From positions 21,082,001 through 21,146,000 of the forward strand of contig CM075989.1 in NCBI GenBank assembly GCA_038087875.1: a stretch of 64,000 bases of DNA, in the 5' to 3' direction. The stretch is from Malacoraja senta (lineage: Eukaryota). The position numbers were made by a program, and so were the translations under genes. A model generated the notes under the pieces. That model was not told the DNA's origin. It ran no database searches and saw only the letters and a list, made by a program, of their open reading frames with translations. Positions 13,007-23,842 of the stretch are shown piece after piece; within the stretch, counting starts at the first letter, position 1, and every line of letters starts with the position of its first letter.

Positions 13007-13666
13007 GTGGTGATGTTAGTGTTCACTGTGTGACCGGACAATTCTGTTGATTGCACTCTCAACTCCTTGAGCTAGAAGATCGAAGATCGAAGATTTCCGC
13101 CTTACCCGTGTTCTCCAGAGATGTTGCCGAGTTACTCCAGCACTTTGTGCTTTTTTTAAAACTTAAACCCGCATCTGCAGTTCCTTGTTTCTATATTCAG
13201 CTGAATACATGGTCTTACTTCGAGGAAAGTGTGTAGGTGGCTGATTCATTTTCCACACAAAGAATATTGAGCCATTGTGAGTTGTTGTAGCACAGGGATC
13301 TCATTGTGGGTCAGGTGGCATTACTAAGTATAAAGCCCTTGCATTCTGTAATTGTTGCCTGACCCACAAGATGAGATTACAGCCTTGAAATGATACCCAT
13401 TTTGATTCTGTCCGTCTGCCTGTCTGTCGCGTTGCTTCTGGCCACAGCGAACCAGTCACTTGTGTACATCGGCGTGTGAGAGTGACCACTCACGGAAAGG
13501 TTCAGCAACCTTTCAGCAATCACTTCACGTGACACGTTGAATTCTAGTCACCAGGAAATCAAAGTTAACTCCCAACATTGGGAAACTCTAACGTGTTTTA
13601 GCCCACAATGTGTTTGCATAACAACAATATGAATGTTTTATGGAGGCTCTGGGGGGGGGAATTTAA

Positions 13667-14232
13667 GGGCAGCACGGGGGCGCAGCGGTAGAGTTGCTGC
13701 CTTAAAGCCCTGTCCCACTGTACGAGTTCATCCAGGAGCTCTCCCCGAGTTTGCCCCGATTTGAACTCGGAGATTTACGGTAATGGCCGCTCGTCGGTAC
13801 TCGGGGCTCTCGTGGACATTTTTCAACATGTTGAAAAATCTTCACGAGTCTTCCCGAGCTTACCTGCCGTTAGCGAGTCTTCCCGAGTACCTGCCGTTAG
13901 CGTTACGAGCCGCTAAGAGACGTCCCCGAGCTCCGACGTACCCACTACGTTCATTCTACGTGCTTACCACGAGTTTGATTTTTTTTTAAACTCGGGAGAG
14001 CTCTTGAATGAACTTGTACAGTGGGACAGGGACATTATTTACAGCGCCAGAGACCCGGGCTCGATCTTGACTACGGGTGCTGCCTGTACGGAGTTTTACG
14101 TTCTCCCCCTAAATTGCCCCTAATGTGTAGGGAGCGGATGAGAAAGTGGGATAACATAGAACTAGTGTGAACGGGTGATGGATGGTCGGTGTGGACTTGG
14201 AGGGCCGAAGGGCTTGGTTCCTTGCTGTATCT
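13667..14232 (+). mobile_element. HE1-like SINE split by MITE A
   Basis: Head at 13667-13704, resumes at 14039. Confidence 0.9.
13705..14038. mobile_element. PIF/Harbinger-type MITE, family A, inside a SINE
   Basis: Long TIRs starting AAGCCCTGTCCCACTG, TTA TSD (13702-04 / 14039-41). It splits the SINE sequence GCTGCC-TTA-CAGCGCC. Confidence 0.85.
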
Positions 14233-14751
14233 CCAAACTAAACTAAACTAAAGGTATTGCATTAGATCTATCTAACGTTTGTGTATTATTATATTTAATC
14301 ACATTATGTGATATCATGTTATATTTTATAATCCCACACAGACAGTAAGCCTAAAAGAGTCCTCTGACACTTGTGCCAGCAAGAACGTGTGTCCAGTGTT
14401 AGTAATAAAATGGTGCAGATTATGTTATTTACGCCAGGGGCATTTCAGAAATCTGCCACATAATGTTTCTAATTTCATCAGCCTGACTGAAACCTTGCAA
14501 CATTACTTGATAAATGGTCCAAGAAATCTTGGCAGAGGAGGGGAGGAAAGGTACAAAAAGGTCTGATTATTCCTCCATTAATCATCTCACATTTGCATAC
14601 TGTTTTCCTCAGGAAAAAAAGCAAAGTAGCTTCAAGCCATTAGACCCACCTCATGTGTTCCACTGTGCTCGAACCAAAATGCAGTGCTGTACGTGAAATG
14701 AAGGAGCTGTTCTTAAATTACTTTAGTTAAACTAAGCCTTGAATAGAGATT

Positions 14752-15381
14752 TTGCTTGGGCAGCTTGCAAACCAACGGTATGGATATTGATTTCTCTAAC
14801 TTCAAGTAACCCTTGCATCCCCTCTCTCTCCATCCCTCCCCCACCCTAGTTTAGTTTCATTGTCTGTGTAACTCGTTATCACCCAGCCCACAGACAACAA
14901 GGGACCATTTCCTTGATCATTGTTACTTTTTTTTGCATATCTTTCATTCGTTTTAATTTTAGTGAGACAGCGCGGAAGCAGGCCCTTCAGCCCACCGAGT
15001 CCACACCGTCCAGCGATCCCCGCATACTATCCCAAGCCAATTAACCTACAAACCTGTACGTCTTTGGAGTGTGGGAGGAAACATGAAGATCTCGGAGAAA
15101 ACCCACGCAGTCACGGGGAGAATGCGCAAACTCTGTACAGACAGCACCCGTAGTCGGGATTGAACCCGGGTCTCTGGCGCTGCAAGGCAGCAACTCTCCC
15201 GCTGTGCCACCGCGCCGCCCATTTGTTCTATATCTCTCCTCACCACCGTCTATATCTCTCTCGTCTCCCTTTCCCCTGACTCTCAGTCGGAAGAAGGGTC
15301 TCAACCAGAAACGTCGCCTATTCCATTTCTCCAGAGATGCTGCCTGACCTGCTGAGTTACTGCAGCGTTTTGTGTCTATCT
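14752..15381 (+). mobile_element. Penelope-like element 3' end, interrupted by a SINE (14955-15220)
   Basis: CLGSLQTNGMDIDFSNFK* remnant and terminal repeat at 15285-15381, flanked by the imperfect direct repeat CCTTGAA(TA/CG)GAGATT. Confidence 0.8.
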
Positions 15382-17075
15382 CCTTGAACGGAGATTATTG
15401 GGATAAACCGTATACTGTAGATCAGTGTCCGACTTTGCAGTTGTTGCAACTGCATAAAAGGGAAGTGATTAAAGAGTAGTTTTTAACCAAAGTGAGCAGC
15501 CCCCTGATTATCCTGTGACACAGAATTGACCAGGTTCTAGAAACAATGATTGCACCTCAGACATCAAGCAAAGCCAAATTGGGTTCAGATGTTACAGCAC
15601 TGTTTCTGTGCTGGGAGTATTGTTAGGTTTAAAGCCAGTCAATTGTCAGCCTTGCAAATAATCTGATTTGGCTGTTTGACAGGTAGGCAAAGTCCATTGC
15701 ATGAGACGGCTCTGTCTGGTTGGAGCAACTTCCAGACACTTGAGCTCACCTGCCGACATGTCCATCATCAGGAACTGCAATAAAGTGCAGCTAATTGGAA
15801 GGTGACGACAGCACAAGCATGCATTCAATTCACACCAACCCCTCTGTCTTGTCGTTTTGCTGCAGGTACAATGATCACTCGGCCTGCAGGAGAGAGAGCA
15901 ACAACAAAAAAAGAGGTTGCTGGTGAACAGTCTCACGTTTTTAAACAAAAACACTCTCAAAGTTTTATCGGGTTTTGATCGGGAAGCGGTGGGCAAGGTT
16001 GCACAAAGAATCATTCACAAATGCAGAGCTGGAATGGTAAATCCTATACTTTGTAAGAAAACGTTTAGCTTGGCTGTACGCAATCACAGCAAGAAGCGTC
16101 TATTGGAAAGACAAGAATGTATAAGGTTACAAGTAGTTGATAGTTGCCAGGACTTAATACTTAGTGTAGTTTTCACCCGTTGTGACACACACAGATAATT
16201 CTATCAGGTAATTCCAACAGAAATGTTATACATGTTTGGGCTGAAAGGGAAGCTCTCTCAATGCTGTGCTGATGGAACCATTTTGTAGACCGAGGCTTAG
16301 TTACAGCAGAGTCCTACATTCAGTCTTATGCAAGATTGCACAAAGCAGTTTATTGTGTTCGGACTGGAATAGACAGGAGCTTCTCTTCCACACATCAAAA
16401 TATTTTTGCCTAATGTTGTCTGCAGAAAACGATTGTAGGTGAGGTTGCACGCTTTTTCATGGGATGTTAATAGTCCGAATAATAGATATTTAGTGTGTAG
16501 GAAGGAACTGCAGATGCTGGTTTATATCTAAGATGGACACAAATTGAGTTTCCTTTATGTTGAGTTTAGTTTATTGTCACGTGTACCAAGAAACAGTGAA
16601 AAGCTTTTGTTACGAGCTAACCAGTTGGTGGAAAGACTATATATGGTTCCAATCGAGCCAACCACAGTGTACAGATACAGGATAAAGAGAATAACGTTTG
16701 GTGCAAGATAAAGCCAGTAAAGTCCGATCAAAGATAGTCTGAGGGTCTCCAATGAGGTAGATAGTAGTTCAGGAGTGCCCTCTAGTTGTTGGTAGGATGG
16801 TTCAGTTGCCTGATACCAACAACTGGAGAGGCCGAAGAAGGGTCTCGACCCGAAACGTCACCCATTCCTTCTCTCCAGAGATGCTGCCTCACCCGCTGAG
16901 TTACTCCAGCATTTTGTGTCTAACTAGAGAGCAGGTGTACTCCAAGTGCTGGAGTAACTCAACTGGTCAGGCAGCATCTCTGGAGAAAAATGATGGGTGA
17001 CATTTCGGGTCGTACCACTTTTTTATTCATTTTAGAGCTGTGACAAATGGCGAAACTTGTTAAATTTATTATTGA

Positions 17076-18352
17076 CTAGACGAAGTGGGACTCGTTGGGT
17101 CCCAGCTTCACATGGGAGGGCTGGTCCCCCAATGCAATATTCCACCTCTCCACCAATTCCAATATTGGTGGCCAGTGGGGGGGAGGGGGGGGGCTTTCTG
17201 GAGTGCTAGTATGGGTGTTGTGGGCTGAAGGGTTCTGGTTTTCAGAGGGCTAGTATGGACATTGTGGTCCAAATGGATTTTTGGGCTGGCAGCTCAGTCA
17301 CTCAAGACTGTTGTGCTGGCAGCTCACTCACGGCTGGTGGGCTGGCAGTTGACTCATGGCTATTCCTTGAAATTCCATTTCAAGCAGGGTGCAATGCCAC
17401 CAAATTCAAGTGCAGTTTCATACCATTTCAAGCAGGGTGCAAGGCCACTAAAGACAGCGAGTTGTGACCTCTCCCTCCTCCATCTTGCAGAGACTGAGCC
17501 ATGCCCACACATCTGGGTTTAAAATCCCTCCCCCCCCTCCCAACAGAAGGGGCATGGCTTTCATGGCATGATGGACATGAGAGAGAATCTCAACATTTTT
17601 TAAACACTAATAACTCTTTTATTTTTCATCGATGGGAAAAATCCTTGGCACCTGATGAGCGGAGGGGGACTTTGAGTAAGATGGCCAAAAATTACAGCCG
17701 TACGTGGTAGCGTTTTTTCTAAAATCAATATAAAGCGCAAACAGGAAGTGGTCAAGATTTTTAATTATATAGAAGGCAAGGCAACTTTACTTAGACAAGG
17801 CAACTTTAATTAGGCAAGGCAACTTTAATTAGGCAAGGCAACTTTAATTAGTCAAGGCAACTTTAATTAGGCAAGGCAACTTTAATTAGGCAACACAGCT
17901 TTAGCATTTCCAAACCAAAGGCAACACGGCTTTAGCATTTCCAAACCAAAGGCAACACAGCTTTAGCATTTCCAAACTATATTTTCAAACCACATTAAGG
18001 GCACTGACAGGTCAGTAAAATCACTCAAAATTTAGTAGACATGTGTTCAGTGTTATTCACAGCTCAGACTGAGAGACATGACCCTCTCGCTCCCCCATCT
18101 TGCAGAGACCGACTGGCATTCAACACTTCTGGGTTTTATAGTCCCTCTGGAAGGGGCGTAGCCTTCAGGAGAGAGAATCTCAACATTTTTAAAACACTAA
18201 TAACTCTTTTATTTTTCATCGATGGGAAAAATCCTCTTGTCCTGCGCAGCGAAGGGGGCCCAAAAATCACAGCCGTAAGTGGCAGCGTTTTTTCTAAAAT
18301 CAATATACAGAACAACAGGAAGTGGTCAAGATCAGACTTTTAGTAATATAGA
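17076..18352 (-). mobile_element. Non-autonomous Helitron, composite
   Basis: On the minus strand it starts TCTATATTACTAAAAG and ends CTAG, with a GGGAC-N7-GTCCC hairpin (17087-17103) 7 nt before the CTAG. It sits between host A and T with no TSD. A second 5'-like end (TCTATATAATTAAAA) lies at 17773. Confidence 0.88.
17773..17976. repeat. Minisatellites inside the Helitron: about 6 x 19 bp (AGGCAAGGCAACTTTAATT) then about 3 x 31 bp (GGCAACACAGCTTTAGCATTTCCAAACCAAA)
   Basis: Read directly from the sequence. Confidence 0.95.
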
Positions 18353-18689
18353 TAATATTCCAGTTGATTTATTATTTAAAAAAAATGTTTTTAAATTTAG
18401 TCTGGTTCCTCTTTCTTCTTTTCAACTTTCTCTTCAATATCTGTATTTCCTTAAAAATAATGGAAGCCCAGGTCACTAAGGGCTGTTTATTAAGATATTA
18501 AGTTCCTATCTTGTAATATACCACACTTGTTAATATTCCATCTTGCAAAATGTTTGGCAGGTAGATTACCTGATTACATACATTTATTTTATGCTTTATG
18601 AGTAATAAATAACATTTATTAACACATTCAAACCATTTTCAAGAGGGTTGAAAGTGTTAATATATTTTTGTACCTGAGCAATAGAATAA

Positions 18690-18997
18690 ATTTCAGTTTC
18701 GAGATACAGCACGGAAACAGGCCCTTGATCTACTGAGTCTGTGAAAACCAGTGATCCCCACACACTAACACTATCGTACACACTAGCGACAATTTACAAA
18801 TATTACCAAAGCCAATTTACTCCACAAACCTGTACGTCTTTGGAGTGTGGGAGGAAACTGAAGCACTCAGGGAAAATCCACGCAGGTCACGGGCAAAACG
18901 TACAAACTCCGTACAGACAGCACCCGTAGTCAGCATCGAACATGGGTCTCTGCTGCTGTGAGGCAGCAACTCTACCACTGTGCTACTGTGCTGCCCT
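18690..18997 (-). mobile_element. HE1-like SINE
   Basis: Colinear with the other copies. Confidence 0.9.
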
Positions 18998-19604
18998 GGG
19001 TTACTCTCAAAATAATTTCATACCTATTTAGGGATATGGGTCACGTGCAGGCTGAGAGGATTAGTTTAACTTGGCATCATGTTGGGCATGGACATTGTGG
19101 GCCAAAGGGCCTGTTCCTATGCTGTACTGTTCTATGTTTTATGTTTTATTGGGTCATCTTTATGATGGCAACAAGTTGCTAATGTCCCAGACCACAACAT
19201 CCAGGAACCAATTTTCCCCGGCAGCTATTTGCATCATTATGTATTGCGTCTTCTAATAATGCCAGTGGTTTAATAGTTTGTTTAGTGACCATGATTAATT
19301 TTGTCATAATTTATTAAAGTGAGGTGAAAACATCTCAACATTATTTAATTGCTAATTTCTTTACATATAGGCATTGGAATGTCACGGTGCCACAATTAAA
19401 ACAGCCCATTTCACGTGTGAACAATATTTACAGTTGTAGTTTGTCTTTTCATTCATTGCTTTCCCTTCACTTGTAAAAAAAAAATCAGCTAATAGGCAAT
19501 ACTTTTAGCGTTCTTCCTAATGCTCATTGCCTGCTCATCTGTATTTTTCAGCTGAGATTGTGAAAGTTGTCAGGCTCAATATTTCTTGAGATGAAGTCTC
19601 TTTT

Positions 19605-20395
19605 TAGACAATAGACAATGGGTGCAGGAGTAGGCCATTCGAGCCAGCACCGCCATTCAATGTGATCATGGCTGATTATCCCCAATCAGTACTCCGTTCC
19701 TGCCTTCTCCCCATATCCCCTGACTCCACTATTTTTAAGAGCCCTATCTAGCTCTCTCTTGAAAGTATCCAGAGAACCGGCCTTCACCACCCTCTGAGGC
19801 AGAGAATTCCACAGAGTCACAACTCTCTGTGAGAAAAAGTGTTTTCTCGTCTCCGTTCTAAATGGCTTACCCCTTATTCTTAAACCGTGGCCCCTGGTTC
19901 TGGACTCCCCCAACATCGGGAACATGTTTTCTGCCTCTAGCGTGTCCAAACCCTTAACAATCTTATATGTTTCAATAATATACCCTCTCATCCTTCTAAA
20001 TTCCAGAGTTTAGAAGAATGAGGGGAGATCTTATTGAAACTTACATTATAGTGAAAGGCCCGAATGGAGTGGATGTGCAGAGGATGTTTCCACTAGTGGG
20101 AGAATCGAGGACCAGAGGCCATACCCTCAGTATGAAAGGACGTATCTTTAGCAAGGAAATGAGGAGGAATTTCTTTAGACAGAGGGTGGTGAATCTGTGG
20201 AATTCATTGCCACTGTGGAGGCCAAGTCAATGGATATTTTTAAGGCAGAGATTGACAGATTCTTGATTAATACGGGTGTCAGGAGTTATGGGGAGAAGGC
20301 AGGAGAATGGGGTTGAAAGGGAAAGATAGATCAGCCATGATTGAATGGCTTGATGGGCCGAATGGCCTAATTCTGCTCCTATAAACATGAATGGA
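19605..20395. mobile_element. Two CR1 3' fragments joined head-to-head (- 19605-20007, + 20006-20395)
   Basis: ORFs 19686-19991(-) and 20018-20266(+) are both CR1 C-termini, with different tails. Confidence 0.9.
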
Positions 20396-20996
20396 GTGCA
20401 GAGGTTCAATCTAACCCTGTCCTCATGCTAGATTACATTTAATAATCCAAAAGCTGTCCTCAGTGAAGTTAAACCGCCCACACAGAGCAAGGGTCCTGAC
20501 CTGAAACGTCACCTATCCATGTATTGCATAAATACTGCATGACCCGCTGAGTTACTCCAACATTTTTGTCTCTTTTAGTCAGCCGCCTACTGCCTTACTG
20601 ATTAACATGCTGGTCAGTGCATGAATGTACTGAGCCAGATATGTCCTAGTCTTTAGATCTGTTTTTAAGTCTTTTAATAGATCAAGTGTGAGAAGGTGTC
20701 ATTTATGATCGGTGAACAAGATTGTCTTCTGAATTGTAGATTGAACTGCAGAGGCCGGTTTATACCAAAGATAGGCACAAAGTGCTGGAGTAACCTGATG
20801 GGTCGGCCAGAATCTCTGGAGAGAAAGGATGGCTGACGTTTTGGGTCGGGACGTGGTGGAAGGGTCTCAACCCATAACGACACCCATCTTGTTTTCTCCG
20901 GAGATGCTGCCTGACCAGCTGAGTTACTCTAGCACTTTGTGTCTACCTTATGTGTCCTGAAATGCTTGGTGGTCTCCAGACCTACACCGTCTGAAG

Positions 20997-21182
20997 TGTT
21001 CAAGAAGGAACTGCAGATGCTGGAAAATCGAAGGTCGACAAAATTGCTGGAGAAACTCAGCGGGTGCGGCAGCATCTATGGAGCGAAGGAAATAGGCAAC
21101 GTTTCGGCCCGAAACGTTGCCTATTTCCTTCGCTCCATAGATGCTGCCGCACCCGCTGTGTTTCTCCAGCAAATTTGTCTAT
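20997..21182. mobile_element. Short Penelope-derived fold-back insertion
   Basis: 71-bp inverted arms (21037-21179, 2 mismatches) and a 15-bp TSD CTACACCRTCTGAAG. Confidence 0.85.
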
Positions 21183-21859
21183 CTACACCATCTGAAGAGT
21201 GGAAAAAGGTGAAAGGGTCTCTTTTTGAGCAGGTTTCCAGTGGGGGTGGGTCCAGTTATGCTCAAACCCAATCTCATTCAGTATCTTGGTAAAACGCCTC
21301 TGAACAATGAAGTACTGTATAAATGAGAACAGACCTGGTTCTCCACTGACGATAATTTTACATTGCGTACAAATCGCATGCTAATTGCAAAACAAATTTA
21401 AACTTAGAAATGCTCATTAAATAGGAAAGTAGTGGCATTTTACCAAATCAGTGTGACATTAAAACATGTTGTTTTCGTCTTAATTATTGAGGCTCGTTCA
21501 GTTAGATTTATCTTTGCATATTTATCTGTGTGTTGCAGAATTGATTGTGGTATCAAAATAATCAGACCTGCAATTATACTCCAGGATTTAACTCCACCTT
21601 TCAAAATAAAAGATATGAAACACACCATTAAGAAACATTAATGGGCTCCTTTTCCATTCTTTAAAACCAACAAGATTATGCGTGGATAAATATTTGTCAG
21701 GAAAATTATTTGGCTTCTCATTTAACATAATCTGTTTCCTAAGCATTTAGACAAACAATACTTCATTGTAAATGTTACTTTATTTTCCCATGACAACTAC
21801 AAAGTTAAGATTGTGATCTGGCCTTTGGAAATGGAATAAATGTAACTGAGCAAATCTCA

Positions 21860-22311
21860 TATAATAACAACAAGGAACTGCGGATACTGGGACATTCGTC
21901 TGAAGAAGGGTCCCGACCTGAAACGTCGACTATCAATGTCTTCCAGAGCTGCTGCCTGACCTGCTGAGTGAAGGGCCTGTCCCACTTTCCTGAGCTGCTC
22001 ACGAATTCTCCCGAGTTTTCCCCTTGATTCAAACTCGGAGAATGTTCGTAACGGGTCCGTAGGAGTCCGTAGATATATCGTGGCGGCTCGTTATGCCAGT
22101 AAAAAGATAGTCGGGAGGAGAAAAATTGCAACATTTAATGCCCCGAGTACCTACGGCTGACATAACGAGCCGCTATGATATATCTACGGACTCCCACGGC
22201 CTCCTACGGACCCGTTACGAACATTCTCCGAGTTTGAATCAAGGGGAAAATTCGTGAGCAGCTCGGGAAAGTGGGACAGGCTCTTTACTCCAACACTTTG
22301 TTTCCATCTTT
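21860..22311. mobile_element. Penelope-derived repeat hosting MITE B
   Basis: CTGAAGA...GAAACGTC core at 21900-21927 and an 11-bp TSD AGCAAATCTCA (21849-59 / 22312-22). Confidence 0.8.
21972..22284. mobile_element. PIF/Harbinger-type MITE, family B, inside a Penelope repeat
   Basis: Inverted arms over 120 bp starting AGGGCCTGTCCCACT, flanked by TGA/TTA (mutated TTA TSD) in the host sequence GAG-TTA-CTCC. Confidence 0.85.
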
Positions 22312-22545
22312 AGCAAATCTCAACCATGTTGTTCTTTCTTAAACTATTATTTTACTCAGGAGATGGTGATGGTCAACAAAAATATGAAACTGGTGGATGT
22401 TCCCTTAATAATTAGCGATCTCTGGGATCAGAATGATATTTAATATTGCATTGAGCACTGGTCTAATTTTGGAATATCCCCCACTATTGAAAGGATCTGT
22501 AAGAGGCACTGCCTTAAAAAGGTAGCCAATACCATCAAATAAACT

Positions 22546-22820
22546 GTGGTGGAGCTGCTGCCTTACAGCACCAGAGACCCAGGTTCGACCCTGACTATGG
22601 GTGCTGTCTGTACGGAGTTTGTACGTTCTCCCTGTGACCGCATGGGTTTTCTCCGGGTGCTCCGGTTTCTTCCCGCGCTCCAAAGATGTGCAGGTTACTT
22701 GGCTTTGGCTAAATTGTACCTAGTGGGTAGGATAGTGCTCGACGATGGGGTGATCGCTGGTCGGTGTGGACTCAGTGGGCCGAAAGGCCTGTTTCCACGC
22801 TGTATCTCTAAAACTAAAAC
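22546..22820 (+). mobile_element. HE1-like SINE (a second copy, minus strand, at 23136-23680 is split by MITE A)
   Basis: Colinear with the other copies. Confidence 0.88.
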
Positions 22821-23219
22821 CCCCACTATCTTGGCAATGTTCCCATTTCAGTCCTCTCATTAGGAAGAAGATATAGGAGACTGAAAACTGTGCCCACCAG
22901 TCACAAAAATAGATACTTCCCAAAAACAATCAGGCTCTTGAACACGACACAACCCTAACCTCAACTATTAACTTGATCAACTGTCTTTGATTGTCCTCTG
23001 GTCTTAGGATTTTGCACTAGTATTGTGGTTATTAATTTATTAATCTCCTGTTCAATATATGTTATCTGTGTGTATTGTGTTTACAGACTTGTTCTGCTGC
23101 TGCAAGGGAGAATTTCATTGTTCTGTTGTCGGTACGTTTAGTTTAGTTTAGAGAAACAGCATGGAAGCAAGCCCTTTGGCCCACCGAGTCCACGCCGACC
23201 AACGATTCCCGCACACTAA

Positions 23220-23539
23220 AAGCCCTGTCCCACAGTATGAGTTCATTCCAAGAGCTCTCCCGAGTTTGCCCTGATTCGAACTCGGAGATTTACGGTAATG
23301 GCCACTCGTCGGTACTCGGGGCTCTCGTGAACATTTTTCAACGTGTTCCCGAGTCTTCCCGTGCTTACCTGCCATTAGCGTGTCTTCCCGAGTACCTGCC
23401 GTTAGCGTTACGAGCAACTAAGAGACGTCTCCGAGCTCCGATGTACCCGCTACGTTCATTCTCCGTGCTTACCACGAGTTTGATTTTTTTAAAACTTGGG
23501 AGAGCTCTTGGAATGAACTCGTACCGTGGGACAGGGCTT
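23220..23539. mobile_element. PIF/Harbinger-type MITE, family A, inside a SINE
   Basis: AAGCCCTGTCCCAC...GTGGGACAGGGCTT with a perfect TAA TSD. Colinear with 13705-14038. Confidence 0.9.
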
Positions 23540-23842
23540 TAACACTATCCCACACACTAGGGACAATTATACCAAGCCAATTAACCTACAAACCTGTATG
23601 TCTTTGGAGTGTGGGAGGAAACCTTGATGCGACCAGCGATCACCGACCAGCGATCACCCCAAACCTGCTGCGCCACCCTGCCGCCCCAAGACAATACATA
23701 TGACAATGAAACACTCTTCACACTTGACTGATGTAGTGGAAAGGTTCAAAATGATTCTAATATTCTTTATTACTGGTGGATGCTTCAATAACAACAAGAT
23801 GACCAAGAATGTCATTGAAAGTGAACTACACATTCCATCAGA

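Noticed and set aside
15866..15980. Strong acceptor (TCTTGTCGTTTTGCTGCAG) followed by a short open frame
   Set aside because: No clear donor and no recognisable peptide.
17773..17976. Short regular repeats resembling a CRISPR array
   Set aside because: The units are contiguous with no unique spacers, there are no cas genes, and the context is eukaryotic. It is a minisatellite.
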